From Gnetum montanum (Eukaryota > Plantae > Gnetophyta): a stretch of DNA of 64,000 bases. The notes below the pieces were generated by a model. The model was given only the letters and a program-made list of their open reading frames with translations, was not told the origin of the DNA and did not search any database. The DNA is taken from positions 72,648-136,647 of the forward strand of contig MNCI01002237.1 in assembly GCA_015680685.1 (NCBI GenBank). Reading direction: 5' to 3'. This document shows, piece after piece, positions 11,816 through 27,249 of this stretch; position 1 is the first letter of the stretch; each line of letters opens with the position of its first letter. The position numbers and the translations under genes are program-made.

Positions 11816-12783
11816 TGATGAGACGTGATATCGCATGGGCCATGATATCGTGACCACCGCGATATCGCGTCATCCCCTGCGATATCGCGTACGCAATATC
11901 GCAGTCTACCGCCAAATCTATAAATAAGAGGTAGCACTCCCCTTATTTTCCATCCTAGGCTTAAAGTGGGGAAACTTTGGTAGTTTGATCACTCCAGAGA
12001 TAGAATATTTTCCATGTACCTGCAGTAGGAGTCCCCAGGTGAATGGATCTTTATTTGAGCAGCTTTGTACTTAAACACAAGTTGTGTACGGCAATAAAGA
12101 CGAGCTTTGTGGATAAACCTTGCAGTGCATGGAATATGATTTATTATTTGTTATTTCTTACCTATTATTTATTACCCGCATTAGCATGCCATGAGTACGA
12201 CTTGATTACGAGCATTGACGAATGTGTATGGCTAATCAAGGAATCGGCTACTCATCGTGATTAGTCTCTCTCACCCTCAACTCCTAGAACGTGGGATGAG
12301 TATGACTTGATTACGAGCATCTACGGGTGTGTAAGGCTAGTCAAGGAATCAGTTGCTCATCACATTTAGGCTAATTAAGTGCCTCAGTATGATCACTTTG
12401 AGCAAGTGCGTTACGTGTGGTGATCCCAGTAATGATTAGCATTTGGTAGCCACAATTGCATAGTTCAGGGTGTGTACGGTAAGTTGGAACGGATGCTGAT
12501 GCTAGTTAATTTAGACTTAGGTGCTTAGTTAGAGTTAGTTAGTTCTCTCAACCCTTCACTCTTTAGCATAGGAGAAAAACTAGAAAAGACTATAAAAATC
12601 ATATACCTCAGACTTACTTAACCATACACTATGACAACAAGAAGTACGTCTGGGAAGACAACAAATGATTAACCCCAAGTGTTCCATGGGGCGTTTAGGC
12701 ATTTAGTCTGAGGAGTTCAATCGGATCGCATGTGCTACGCTCATTTTGTATGGCTGAGTGTAGGGGTACCTCACCACTCATCA
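11816..12783 (+). repeat. 3' LTR of B
   Basis: Follows PPT TGGGGGTA; near-identical to 5652-6584. Confidence 0.95.
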
Positions 12784-13685
12784 CTGATGCTTCAAATGAA
12801 GGATTAAGATGCATCCTCATGCAAGAAGGACATGTCATCTCCTATTCTTCTTAACACTTAAAGAATCATAAAGTTAGATATCCTATGCATAACATGGAGT
12901 TAGCAACTATTATTTTTCCACTAAAGATATGGAGATATTATTTATTTAGAGAGAAAATAGCCTTGTGAATAGACCATAAGAGTTTGCAATATCTTATGAC
13001 CTAGCCATAATTAAATTTCCAGCAAAGAAGATGGATTGAATTACTTGTAGACTTTGATTTTGATATTAAATATCATCCTAGAAAAGAAAATGTCATGGTA
13101 TATGCACTTAGTAGATAAATTAGAAGGATAAATAGCTTGATCATGTAATTAAGCCTAATGGATGAGATTATTGAAGAACAAAGGTCAAACACATGGTGCT
13201 AAGAAAAGCTTTAAAATTAGGTCAAATTTTCCCCAATTATTTACTAAAGGGAGATAAAGGTGAGTTAAGATTCAAAGGTAGATTATTTGTATCCAAAGTG
13301 GTAAGAAAAAAACTATTGGAAGAGGCTCATACCAATAGATATTAGATGCATCCTAGGGATGATAAAGTATTTCAAAAATTGAGAAGACAATATTGATGTT
13401 CTAAGATGAAGCAAGAGATAGCTAAATTTGTTTTTGAATGTTTAATTTGTCAACAAGTTAAAGCAAAACATCAAAAACCAAGAGGATTACTTCATGTTCA
13501 TGACATACCATAATGGAAGTGGGAGGTTATTAGCATGGACTTCATTTTAGAATTACCAAAGATAAAAAGGAAACATGTTGCTATACTATTATTGGCAGAT
13601 TCACTAACAAAATCTTCTCTTTTTTTTTTGCTACCCATTCCACCTCAACTACTAAGGATATTACTAAGTTATTTATTAACAAGAT
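12784..13685 (+). pseudogene. Element A RNase H and integrase N-terminus
   Basis: DASNEGL..YPMHNMELA..DHKSLQY; HHCC zinc finger; WEVISMDFILELP. Confidence 0.9.
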
Positions 13686-14563
13686 TAATGAAGCATCATG
13701 GTTTGGCCACATTGACGGGATGTCATTGACACATCCTTATTGATAAGATCTCATTGACATGAGCCCATCAATGCAGGATTTGACCTATTGACGTGTACCC
13801 ATCAATGGGGCACCCTATTTTTGCCTATAAATATGCACCTTCCACCACATTTATGACATCAAGTCTCATAGTTACAATAAAGCTCTAGAAATTTCTCCAC
13901 TTGAAAGTTAGAATATTTTGTAAGTGCCCAAAGCAAGAGTCAAAGGGTGTATGGATCTTTATTCGAGCACTATTGTACTTGAGCACTTTAGTATGTGTAG
14001 TAATAAAGATAAGCTTTTTGATCAAACCTTGTAGAACATGGACTAGATTAATTATTTGTTTATGCATCTAATATTTTAAGCAATTTTCTTTAATGTGTTA
14101 AGTAATTAAAGTATTTAATTAAGATAAATTAAATACTAAACATAAGTACGACCACTTTAGGCATACATGTAATGCTTGGTAATCCCAGTAACACTTAATG
14201 ATTAGTAACCAAATAGTGTTATACATGTTTAGGATGTGTACAACAAGTGGGAATGGATGCTTATGTTAGGATTAGTTAAGTGTTAGTTACTTGTTAGATT
14301 AATTTAGCAATTAAATATCTTTATTCATTATTCTCTATTCTTAGTGACTTGGAACATAAAATAATAAAAATCATATACCTCAATTATACTTAACCATGCC
14401 CTTGTACTTACAAGTGTAACTAGGAAGACAACTATTACAATAGTTGATTCACATCTCACACTAGTGTGCATAGAAACCCCAAAAGTCCTTGGAATTCAAC
14501 TAGATTATGTGTAAATTCTTGTGATTCATATGGTTGGGTGTAGGGTCTACTCATTGCTCATCA
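13686..14563 (+). repeat. 5' LTR of C
   Basis: TAATGAA...CTCATCA; homologous to 41857-43732 once the solo-LTR insert is removed. Confidence 0.9.
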
Positions 14564-14719
14564 TTGATGCCATTACTAGGGACCTTTAGTTAGCTTCATG
14601 CACTTCTAGGACTTAGTGAAAATCATTCACATCATTGGATCAAACCTTAAAGTTGCAATCATTCTAAGACTAACAACAATTGTAAAAAAGCACACTATTA
14701 ATTTTTTTTCAAATTCAAA

Positions 14720-17700
14720 AATGTATTCTTCTCACAAGCACAATGGACCAAAACTGCAAGTACCCTAAGAATGCAAAGTGGTATTTACTCAACCAAATGA
14801 GTTTGTGCTCCATTTCACCTTCATTCTCCATCAAGATGAATAGTTGTGATGGAGAGACATGGAGGGAAATGTTGTGTTGCCACTTGACCAATCAGTTCTT
14901 GGGGTGCTGCTTCAAACTCTTAAGAGGTAGAGCATCTAAGATCTCAAGTATGAATATGTTGTGTAGAAACATGAATATCAGGACTATCATCCCACTAAAA
15001 CACAACAGACAAGAGATCGACAATAAGAGAAATACTATGAAGCTACAAAGGGAAAATAGTTCAATAACTATTTGTTCCTACTAAACTAAAAAGATGATGA
15101 GGATCTCCTCTCTGAGAATTATCAACATGTAGACTCTCCTCCCTTTGATTCTAGTAAATGAAACTTGAACTAGAATTTACAATCCACTGTAAACAATCCA
15201 ATTTTAGGTAAGAATGGATCTCATGATCATGGAGGATCCAAAGGTGGGATTCATGGCAGGGGCAAGGATAGGCATCATGATGATGATTGTAATCATGACC
15301 ATCAAAGAGGGGGTGGCAAGCACCACAATGCTAGTCCTTCTTCCTCTTCACCTTTATCATCATCATCTTCCTCCTCAAGCTTTGACTGAAGCAATAGAGG
15401 ATGTGATTGTGATAGAGATGATTGATGGGATAGAAATGATCATGATCGTAGGACCCACTAGAATGATCAAGATTAGAGGCATGGTCTTTCAATGAAGGAC
15501 CACCACCATGAGATAAGGGATAGCAAAGGACATCATAGGCATCATCAAAATCATGATGATGATAGCCCTTTACTTGTAACGTGAAGTATGTTGAACATAT
15601 TAGAGGTCATGGAAATTCCAACCAGACATGTGAATGATAGTAGAATCAAGAGGTTGGATATGAATAATATCCTAGATTTGAAGGGAAATATAACTCAGAT
15701 TTACAAACTTATCTTCAAGCCTTTCATGATGCTTGTGCCTTGTAGAATATCAAAAATGATGGAGTACAATGCTTAAGTTGTTCAATGACAAATATCAAAC
15801 ATACTCTTAAGTGTCCAACCTGAGAAAGAAAAACAAAGGTCAGTGATAAGAAACACATGAACCCTTGGACATAGCTATGGGTAGGTACTATTCACTTTTG
15901 TACTAATGCTCTGGCCATGGTTATTCTTAGTGGGACCAACTTTGCCATATCAAAGATGGGCTCTAATTAGAAACATGGAGAACTCTTAGGGTCTATGCCC
16001 AAGGGAGATTGTTAGAACTTAGAGCCCATTAGATCCAAATGCTGATAAAGCAAGTTGTAAAAAAATAAGGATAGATGAGAAAATGAGAAAGTGATAAGGA
16101 ATATAATTGGGACTCTTCCATCAAAAGAAGGGAGGTCAGATTCTATGATAGTGAAGGCGAGACACCGCTTGATGAAGTGGTGTAGTGAAAGACCTTACCA
16201 ATCCAAAAATCTATCTTTAAAATTTTGACCAAGGTAGATAAAATATGGAACTCTTTAGATGAAATGTTCCAAATAGCTCTAAAAATAGCAAAGTCATCTA
16301 AAGAGCAAAGTAGTGATCATGATCATAGGAGAAGAAAGAAAGTTGAACATACCTACCAAAGGAGTAATGACAAGGCTACTATAGTTGAAGAGGTTATAGA
16401 GTCTAAATTAGATGATGGTGGTGGATGTGACATCTACCAATATGAACATCCTAAGGGATGTTTCCCTATTGTGTCACACTTGCAAGAATTTTGGATGTAC
16501 ACTCTAAATCCTATACTAGCAATAAGGCAAGCACCCAGAAGATTACCTTATCCATGAGATAATCCCAAGTGATTCCACTAATAACAATAAGCTTATCATC
16601 CAAGTGGAGCTCCACTACAATCATATGAGCAATATCATCAATGGCAGCACTCATAGTCATGGGGGATGCCATTGACAAGGTAGTAATACCTTTACAAATA
16701 ACCAAATCTATATGAGTACTATGTGTAGTAGCCCATGTCTTCATGTGACTCTTCTAGTCAAGCATCATTTTGGTATCACAACTATCTTTTGGAGTACTGC
16801 AGAGCTCATTCTCCATCTCTTAGACGGAAATCCACATATCCTTATCATCTTCTCATCCTTCTACACATGCTCCTCCATCCTCAACCCAATTACCACCTAC
16901 TCCATCCTTGTAGAAAAAAATTCTCACATAGCCATATTAATGTAATGCTACCAAGGTTGTTAACTTATAGCTAGCTCCATAATCAAGTGGTTTGAAATCC
17001 AAATAACGTAAATAATCATTCTTTTGAATCAATAGTCTTACAAAGTCCTCACCAACTCATGTAGCCAGCCAACCTGTGTCTCCTTCATCCTTTGCATCTA
17101 TTCCTTCCGAGAAACCTTCAAATAAAATGCATTTCAAGATTCACATAGTCATGTGAACCCATGTTGTATTTGATTGGATTAAGTTTGGCAACATTCCTAG
17201 GAAGAGAGCTAATCTTGGAAATCCCCTCATGTACTTGAAAATCACTAGGAATGAGCCATGAAAGGCTCTTATTGATTTAGGTTTTGGTGTCAATTTCATT
17301 TCTCATGAAATGTACAAAGCTTGGAACATACCTCCTCTTAAGAAGAGAAACATTCTTTTAGAATTAACAATTCAGTCCATCACTATTTCCTTAGGACTAG
17401 TGAAGTATATTATGACTACTATCTATGGATGGTTCTATTCTGTCGATTTCCTAATAATCAAGGTTGATAACTACAAGGGGGACTTTCCAATTATTATGGG
17501 AAGGATTTGGTTGAGCACCATTGATGTGAAAATGAGCATTAGAGACCTCTCCTTGAAGATTTCCAATGAGAATAAATTTGGCAAAGTTGAGAAGAAGAAA
17601 GTTTCATGCATTGTCTACAGTGATACATGATGCAATTGTGTGCAAAAACTCTAGTCTATAAAAAGTACATCAATCTCAACATGTAGAAAATATATAGATG

Positions 17701-20700
17701 AATCTAAAATTGAAAAGTACTTATATGTAGTATCCACAAAACAAGAGGGTACCCAGTGGTTGATAGTTAATCCTTAAAGTAGCACACTTAGCATGGAACC
17801 AATTGAGAGCTTAACATGTGCCTATGTTAAGGGCATGAATGAATTAGAATAAGTTCATCACCAACTCTCTGATGTTGAACCAGATGACATCTATTGAGGA
17901 GAGTTAAATATCCTTAAAAATTTTAAGCAAGAGCCCCTAAAGTTGAAAACTCTACTTGCTGACATAGACTATGCTTTCCTAAAAAATGCCAAGGTGATGA
18001 TAATTAATTCTAACCTTGCTCTTGAATAGAAAAAGATGTTGTTGAAGGTGATCAAAAAATGGTCAACAACCTTTGCTTGTTCATATCATAAAATCACTAG
18101 GATTGATCTTAGAATATGTCAGCATCACATCTATATTGATCTATCCGTCAAGCCAAAGAGGTAGTCGTAGTGATGGTTGAACCCCAAGCTAAAGCATATC
18201 ATCAAAGAGGAAGTTGAATAACTCCTTCAGATATGGTTCATCTATCCAATTGCACATAGTGAGTGAGTTACTCCAGTTGTAATTGTGCTAAAGAAATATG
18301 GAAATTTAAGGGTGTGTATTGATTTTAAACTATTAAACAGGATGACCTACAAAGATCATTTTCCATTGCCATTTGCGGACCAGGTGTTGGACACCATTTC
18401 TGGGAATTTCTTCTATAGATTTCTATATGGTTATAATGGTTATAACCAAATTCAAATTTCACTGAATGATTAGGCCAAAACTATATTCACAAGGTCTTGG
18501 GGGACTTCTACATATCGAAAGATGCCATGTGGTTTGTGTAATGTCCCTACAACTTTCCAATACTTTGTCCTTAGCATTTTTCAATAGTAGATTGGTAGCA
18601 AGTGGAAGTATTCATGGATGACTTCTCCACATATGGTGCTATGTTTGAGTAGGCCCTAGAGCACCTTGAGAAAATTCTTAAAAGGTGTGTGGAGACCAAT
18701 CTTTAGCACAATTGGAAAAAGAGCCATTTGATGGTCTAGGAGGAAATTGTATTGGGACATAAAATTTGTCAAGAAAGGATTAAGGTGAACCCTAAAATGA
18801 TTAGGGTCATCCAAGAAATAACCCATTAGTCAGAAACCATTAAATATCTCTAGTCATTCCTTGGATACACTAGCTACTACCAAAAAATCATATAGAATTT
18901 CTCTAAGATTACTAAACCGTTAGTCGAGCTTACGAAGAAAGATGCTTCATTTTTATGGATCGAGGAATGTGATTAGGCATTCCAAAAACTCAAAGAAAAG
19001 CTTGTAGAAACTCTAATTTTACAAGTACCTAATTACTCTTGTCCATTTCACATCATGAAAAATGCATCAAACTATGCCTTAGGAGTAGTGCTTATGTAGT
19101 TGGACAATCAGAAACATCATTATTACATCCACTGTGCAAGCCAAAGCATTGTGGGTGCATAGCTCAACTACACCACGATGGAGAAAGAGATAATGGCAAT
19201 GGTGTATGCCTTAGAAATGCTTAGGCACTATGTGCTTGGATACAAGATCTTTATGCACATAATTCATAGTGCCATTTGCTTCTTCATGAACAAGTTGATG
19301 GTGAACCCCCATGTCATATGGTGGTTGGTGATCTTACAGGAGTTTGATCATACAATTGTAGATCGAAAGGAAACTAAGAATGTGATTACTAATCACTTGT
19401 CTTAGATACAATGGGACAACAAAGAGGAGGAGAGTCCATCTTTTGATCAATTTCTTGATGAACTCCTCTTTGTTGGTTCAATAAATGAACAAGTACCCAA
19501 TGAGCCTACATTGTAGGATTACATCCTTACTTATCTTCCCACTCAGGAGATGCCATAAGAGTTAGACCACTGAAAAAAAAACAATAGTTTCTTCATCAAG
19601 CCAAATGATTCATGAAGCTTAACGGACACCTTTATAAGGTATGCATTGATGGCCTGGTTCATTGGTGTGTTCTTGATGCCAATCAACTACAAGTTCTTCA
19701 AGATGTTCATGAGAGTTCACATTGGGACCACTATGTAGGAAGATGCATGACCATTAAGATCCTAATGAAAAGGTATTAATGGCCAACAATCTTTAGAGAC
19801 ATCCACAAATTTATCTACTCTTGTGAATGCTATCAATGAGATGATGAGATGACTACTCAAATGGAGGGGCCTCAGCAATGGATCTAACCACTAGAACCCT
19901 TTGATATCTAGGGAATTAACTTCATGGATCCCATCACACCCATGTCAAATAAAAGGGTATACATTATAGTCACTATTAACTATTGTACAAAATGGATAGA
20001 TGTAGTAACCATCACTGATTGTACATCTTTCACTACTACTTGGTTTTTCCAACAAAATGTTGTAAATAGGTTTGGGGTGCCACATGCACTGATTTCTAAC
20101 AATGGTACTTATTTTACAAGTTGTACTTTTTGCAAGCTTATGCAATTCTTTGGGGTTGAGCATATATTAACACCACCTTACCACTTCCAAGCCAACAATT
20201 AAGCAAAGGTTACCAATAGGAAGATCAGTAAGATCTTAATTAGAACAATAAGAAAATATAGGAGAGACTGGAGCACAAAAATCAACAATTCCCTCTAGGC
20301 ATATTGCTCAACATGAAAACTTCCTATAGGCTATTCTCCCTATGAGTTGGTGTACAAAAAATTACCAACTCTTCTAGTCCAATCCAACCTCTATATACTT
20401 TCAATAGCCTGTAGCCTTAACCTTGACCTTAGCCTAGCATAAAAAGAAGGATTGATTAACCTTAATGTATTAGATGAGAATTGATTGGTGGCCCTATCAT
20501 TAAATGAACTACACAAGGCATTCAACAAAAAAAATCTATGACCTCAAAATTAGAAAAGTGAAATTTCAACTTGGATACAAGGTCCACTACTAGAACCCCA
20601 CACATGTGCCATAACGAATCAAGTTCCAAACATTATGGGAAGGCCCTTACATAATTTATGAAATATTTCCTTTTGGGGCCATGTTGATCTACAAACTTGA

Positions 20701-20790
20701 GCCCAAACAACAAGAAATTAGTCAACATGCAATAACTTAAACCTTTCCATGAGCTTAAGAAAACTAGTGCAAGAAACACCTCATTAAATG
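14720..20790 (+). pseudogene. C gag-pol (gag, PR, RT, RNase H, INT), degenerate
   Basis: Gag collinear with B; LRVCIDFKLLNRMTYKDHFPLPF (RT); EKEIMAMVYALEMLRHY (RH); RFGVPHALISNNGTYF (INT). Confidence 0.92.
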
Positions 20791-21209
20791 GACAACCTCA
20801 CTTAATTTTTTGGATCTTCTCCTTTCAACTCAATCATAGGGGAGATGGCCATCCATGTTAATCACTTAAGTGACTCTTTAGTTTTTATAGTTTTTATACA
20901 CCTTCTTTGTTTTTCTACTTTTTTATTTTACACTTTATGTTGTTTTTCCCAATTTTTATTTACAACGTCATTACTATATTTTATATTTCTTTAACAATTT
21001 TTAATTTCTTTTATATTTTATTTTATTTTTGTGTGCACTTTTCTTCTCATTTCCTAATAAAGTGCTTTATTGCCAGTAAGACACAATAATGTTGTAGTTG
21101 TTTGCTAATGGTGGTTTGTACTTAATATTTTCAATTACTAATGTTTGATCTATTTTTGAGTTTTGATGACTGATGACTAAGACATGGTTTTCTTTTCATG
21201 GAATAGACA

Positions 21210-22795
21210 TGAAATAGCACCAAATTTGGGTCACTGTGTCTCAACTACAAATTTGTCTAAGTGTTGACACAAGGCAAATTTTTTTAAAATGTTGGGCCTA
21301 TGCTCTCCACCACTAAGGCTACACTCTAGAGCATAGTCAACATAGTCTAAAAAAAACTCTATATTTGCAAGATCTTTCAAAGTGTTGATGGCAGCTACAA
21401 ATTTCACTAAGTGTCAAGCAAGAAGCTATCAAGCTTGGTTGGCATGGAAGAAATAGTTTGGCAAATTTTCTAACTACTATGACTATGCTCCCTATTATGC
21501 TCTAGAGTGTAGTCAACATAGTCTGCATGAAGACACTAGTTCTATAAAAAAAATTTAACTATTGAGGCTATGCTCTCACTGCTAGGACCACACTCTAGAG
21601 CGTAGTCAGCATAGTCAGTACTTGAACACATATTATTGCAAAATTTGTCTAACTGGTAGGACTACGCTCTAAAGCGTAGTCAGTGTAGTCATGCAAAACT
21701 ACCTCCATAAGCCTCTAGAACTTAGAATTGGGCTTCATCTTAGCTCCAACACAACTTCAATAGGAAAGATCAACAAATTTTCTCTCTTTTGCCACCCAAT
21801 TTGCCCCTAAATTGTACTTATGCTCAACACCACTCAAGAGAGTAGACATCATAGGCCCGAAGTGTAGTCTTCAAAACTACACTATTTTACACTATTTTTA
21901 GGTACATTGTGGTCTGTTTGACCCTTCCACATGTAGTTTGGATAGCATAGTCATAGTTTGGTAGTCTTGCAAAGTCCATTGAAGCACACTAGTAGAACAC
22001 CATTTTCTTCATTAGGAGCATAGTTGGGTGCAACGTAGTCCCAACTACCCCTCTACCATGAGGCACCCAATCTAGAATTCACAGTAACCCTAATCCTATA
22101 AATACCCCCAATTCTCTATGTTTTATGGGTTGGCAATTCTTGCATTCAATTGGCAAAATTTCATTCTGAGCATTCTCACATTCAAGCACACTTGGCATTT
22201 TAGTAGACTCTAGATTGACACGTGACATTGTTGCACACCACCTAGCACATCATAGGCCACCGCAACCCATGGGACACCACAATAGCCAACTCAGTAGGCA
22301 TATACTTCATGGAAAATGTTAGTCTTCATAGCCTAAAGATCCTAAGACTATGACTACACTACCTATTGCACCTATTTATACATCGTGTACCTCTTCACCT
22401 TTTCTTGCAGTTAACTATGCTCCCCTCATTTGGGGTGGTGTTTCTTTCTCTCTTGCTCATCTCCCTTGAATTTTAGCATTTTCCCTTACATTTTAACATT
22501 CTACCTGCATTTTTTGCTATTTTCTACACATACTTGCATGTTTGCACTTTCGTTTTTCACCAGAAACCTTAACTACGCTCACCCTTGTTAACATCATGAA
22601 TGTCACGAACACCATGCAAACCCTTAGCATTCATTTTGGCATTGCACTCCTTAAGTCCTAGTTTGACTGACAAGATCATTCTAGGCACCGTGTATCCATT
22701 TCTTGTAGGCCATCACATGGATGCAAGGTCAAACTGTGTGCATTGCAAACCTTTCAGTGTACCATTTTAGCCTCTAACATTTTTTTTTCACTACA
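21210..22795 (+). repeat. 5' LTR of D
   Basis: Homologous to 36521-38177; TATA CCTATAAATACCC ~22097. Confidence 0.9.
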
Positions 22796-22801
22796 ATTTT
22801 T

Positions 22802-22818
22802 TGGTGCTAGAAGGAGGG
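22802..22818 (+). promoter_or_regulatory. PBS complementary to tRNA-Asn
   Basis: TGGTGCTAGAAGGAGGG matches the plant tRNA-Asn 3' end (…CCCUCCUUCUAGCGCCA) with one CpG decay. Confidence 0.8.
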
Positions 22819-23289
22819 CCAATGCCATTTCCTTTTACGACCTTCATTGGTCATTATCTTATGTGCTTTCTCCACCACTATTACTAGCTCTAGGCTAGCA
22901 TAGACTCAATAGCCCTATGTACCTACCATGACAATAGCTAGATCTAAAGATAGCATAGGAGTTATCTACAAACTAGTGAGTGTAGACTAGACCTTATCGT
23001 TGGCTCCCCTAGAACCCTACTTGACAACTCCTAGAGCTCACGCCTTATACTTTACTAAATTCTAGGCACTCGGGAGAGTGTAGCTACCTCTCAGTGTAGA
23101 GAGAATAGTTGGCTTTAGCATAGTGAGCATAGTCCTAGAGTTAGCCATTTTTCAATAGTTTTACACTCACCATTTTTTTGTAAGCTTTACACTTAGCTAT
23201 TTTTACAGTAGCCTTCATACTTAGCTATTTTTTCTATCATTTTTTCCTATATTTGGCAACTAGTAGTCTTTCACATTTCTCCCTTTGCA

Positions 23290-26200
23290 TCATGAACCCT
23301 AGGTAGCCTTTGACTTTGGCTTTAACCATGGTTGTTGTTCAGCGCACTTAGCAAGAAATCCAAATTAACCATCCTACCAGTCCAACCATGGTAGGATAAA
23401 GGTAATCCCTTAGGCTATGCATCCTACCTTCTAAGTCCATAGTGTTGAATGATGTGTAGTATAACTTCATTTGTGCAAAGCTCTAGGTGGATCTATTCAT
23501 AGATCCCCAGGAAATGAAGGCCAAATGAAGCTATGGGCTCATACACCAAAACAGAAGGGAATACTTTACCTCTTCTATGGACTTCATTCCACTCATAGAG
23601 CCTTATCAGTGGATGCTTAATTAGCTCATTCGAGCCAATGGACATGAGGTGGGGACAAAGTATGAGGAACCCCTACAGGAGGAGCAAGATGAGTTTGAAG
23701 CTTGTTCAGAGCATGAGAACTTGTTCCACACCTCCTTTCAACTAGCAAACCCTAGCTTGGTTTTCTCATGCTCTCATCCATCCATCTTCCTAGAGACAAT
23801 TATATCCCCAATGTCATCTTGGAGGTCCACACCAGTGGGTTGCACTAGACCTAGTACATGTTCTAGGATGTCGTACATCTTGCTAGCCTACCCTTCAAAA
23901 TCCCATCACAACTTGTGCAAACCTCCCTACTTGCAACTATCATGTTGATACAACCCTATGTGCACATTGTGCATATTTCTCTATCACAAGAGACTTAGGC
24001 ACCGTACATTCCACCTGTCATGTTGACACCCTTTAGAACAACCAAACCCACAAACATGTGGTGGGAACCAACTACTGTACCTATGGCATGGCCCACACAA
24101 TAAGCATCGCATGTGTCCTTACAATGCATAGCCAAGTCATGGGTCGCCTAAATAGCATAGTAGGAGCACAATCATCATAGCCCGTTGCAACCTCCCTGAA
24201 CTTGAATCAAGCATTCCAGCTCATCTAGAATCTGATAGAGGAGGTTAAGTGGCTCAAGGCTTCCTCCTTTGAAATGGTTCATGTGATGGATTTCTACCAA
24301 GATGATCTGATAAGTCTTGTAGTTCCATTACTAACTCTACCTGCCAGGGTCCCACTATCCCAATTCATCAAATAAAATTAATTCTTACTTGGTGATCTTC
24401 CAATCTGAATGCCTTCTACTATAAGCATGGACACATGCTATTATTCATGTGTTTTCCATGTCCTTAACTAGCAAGGCACTAGATTGGTAGTGCATGCTCC
24501 CTAAGGCCTTCATCTCTTCTTTGGAAAATTTGCTTAGCCAATTCACCACATGCTTCAAGTATAACTTGAAGCCTAAGGAAACCCTAGACTAGCAAATGTA
24601 AATTAAGTAAGGTCACCTAAAACCCATGCAAAAAATCATAAAACACTAGAGTGCATCACTCAACAAAATCTATTAGCCCATTGCAAAAACACACATGTTT
24701 GCGATTTTCAATGGTGCAATGAACAACTTTATTAAGTTGAAGCTGCATTACCTAGCCCCACAATCCTTAAGATAAGCATTTGCTCAAACCAAGAGCATTC
24801 AAGATGTTGTAAAGGCCAACAAAGACCTAGCCTATATGGCCTACAAGGACTTGCATGCCAAAAATGACAAGTACAAGGGCAAATAGGCAACCACAATTGT
24901 AGCAATAGTGGCCAATGAGGCCAAGCCAACCAACACCAAACCAACAACCAAGCCATACAAGGCCCTGACCAATAACAAGGCTTCTAGCTCTAGCACTATG
25001 GCAAGTAATTGGCCTACATCATCGATAGTCATAGGGCAAGCTACCCAAAGGCCAAACTATGAGTGCAAGGATTACTCAAAGTGCACACCATTGCCCATTA
25101 TGATATCCAAACTCTTGGATAAACTGCTTAAAGCTTAATGCATCTAGTATAAGAAAATGTTTGAGGATGCTCACAAGTGCCATGATAAGTACTGCAAGCT
25201 TCTTAAGAATTCCTCAGCTACAACACCAAACAAGCCCCCAATCCCTAAGCATTTTAAGCTAAACCATTTTACCACTATCACCAATTGCCTGGCCATGATA
25301 TAAACTTTTACATGGATTTGAACGATGATGTAAAATGCATGATTAATTGGGTTGAGTTGGTTCTTGATGCAACCAACCTAATTTGCCCCCAAAATAAATC
25401 AATGGGGGTCTATAAGGATCCTCTAAATGCGAGTAGTGTAGGGTATACCATCAATGCTATCAGCATTGATGATAACTCAAAATTGATGCAAGAGCCATTC
25501 ATGGTTTGTGTGCCCTCTAGTAGCGCAGGGGCCCCCTTGACATCAACTAGTTCGAGGATTCCTTTCATTGTTAGAGGACCACCTCGGGCACCTACAATAC
25601 CCTTTTTGGTTAGGATCCCATAACACGTTGCAGTAGTAATAGCCTAGTCACCCTTTGTTGTCAAGATGCCACAACATGCAAACTCCTCCCTTACTTAGAG
25701 TTTAGTGGTGGGCCATGAATCAATCCTCACCTACCTAATGGATCATCCTATAGGCAATGCTAGCAGAACATCTAGGTGGAAACCAATGAGGCCTAATGAG
25801 TGTCTCACCAATAAAATGGTTAGGGAGCACCATCAGAAAAGGGCACTAGGCCCACTAAAGCCCATCCCTTGTCCTCTATTCCCATGGCCAAATCAACCAA
25901 GAAGGCCATCATAAGCAACCAACAATAGAGCATTGAGGCTTCAAAACCTGAAAGGCAAGTAAAGCCTAAATCTTCTCCATGAGAGATTCGTCTCTTAGGC
26001 TGCATAGAGGAGGTGAATGCTAAACAAAATAGTAGATAGCAACAAAGACTTCCTTGATGTGTTGGCCTAGGTTAAATAGGCATTAAAATAAAAGAACACA
26101 ATGTTAAGCCTGTATGACCTAATCATAACCTCCTTTGCCCATCGTAAAGCATTGGTCCACATGTTGACCTCCATTCCTATTACAAAGGACATCCTGGTAG

Positions 26201-26973
26201 ATGAAAAATCCATCCATGCTATGATGTTGCCTCCTACATCACAAGAATTGAGTTGAACAACCCTAACATTCTATGATGAGGTGATCAAGGTTAACCTTGA
26301 GAAGGGTTAGGTCATTACTACATCAATGTTCATTACAATTTTTATGGGGCAATGTAGAATCCATAGGTTGCATGTTGATGATGCAGCAACAACTAATTTC
26401 ATCCCATATGATATCATTGACAAGATGGGTCTTGCTAACCAAATCAAACCCATCAAGACAACATGCCTAAAATCCTTTAATGGATCATGCATTTTCATAA
26501 GGGGAATAGTCACAATAGCCTTTGTGATAGGGAAGAAATTCCCCACCACTATAGGATTCATAGTAATTGAGGAGATGCTAGGTTTGAACTTGATCTTGGG
26601 CAGGCCTTGGCTAGCCCAACCAAGGGTTGTCTCCTCTCCAATCCACCAAGAAATCCACCTTCCCTATGAAGGTGGTGAGATTATCATTTACGGTAACAAC
26701 CAACCCCTTTATCCATCAACAACAGTGACACAGAACAAGGGTCAAAGATGGAGTTCTCTAATGACATGCCTCTTTTGAAGGATGAGGGTGAAACATGTGA
26801 GGAAAACCAAACTGAGGAGCCAAAAGGAGCCAAGAAGCTCTTGAAGGATGCTTTGTGCGTAGAAGTGTCCTTCAACATAACTGATGAAGGTCAAGTCTAG
26901 TACCACATAGTACCATCTAGGCCCTACATTCCCCATAATCCACATTAGATTAGGAAGCAACTATGTGACTAAG
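23290..26973 (+). pseudogene. D gag and protease, highly degenerate
   Basis: LPARVPLSQFIK gag-like motif; YHQLPGHDINF Tat-type knuckle ~25275; LHVDDAATTNFIP...LILGRPWLAQPRVVSSPIHQ protease. Confidence 0.75.
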
Positions 26974-27249
26974 GTATCCCCTTAGTCCAATATGCACTAG
27001 GTGCCTACCTACCCCACACTTCTACATACCTTGCCTGCTTGCATTTTGTTTATGCATTTACATTTAGCTTGGTTGTTTGCATTTCACATTGTTCGCTTTA
27101 TTACACATATTTTTTTTGTTTGTGCATTTTTTCTTAGTTAATTTCTATGCTTTTTAGTTTACTTTTTAGTAGTTATTAGCATACACATGAAAAACATCAA
27201 AATACATAAAAAATCATAAAAATTTAAACCACAAAAACTATGGTCCAAA

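Larger units (their letters stand above)
5652..12783 (+). mobile_element. Element B: Athila-lineage non-autonomous LTR retrotransposon (gag + protease only)
   Basis: TGATGAG...CTCATCA termini; perfect 5-bp TSD CTGAT (5647-5651/12784-12788) splitting A's RNase H YTD|AS; Asp PBS; PPT TGGGGGTA. Confidence 0.95.
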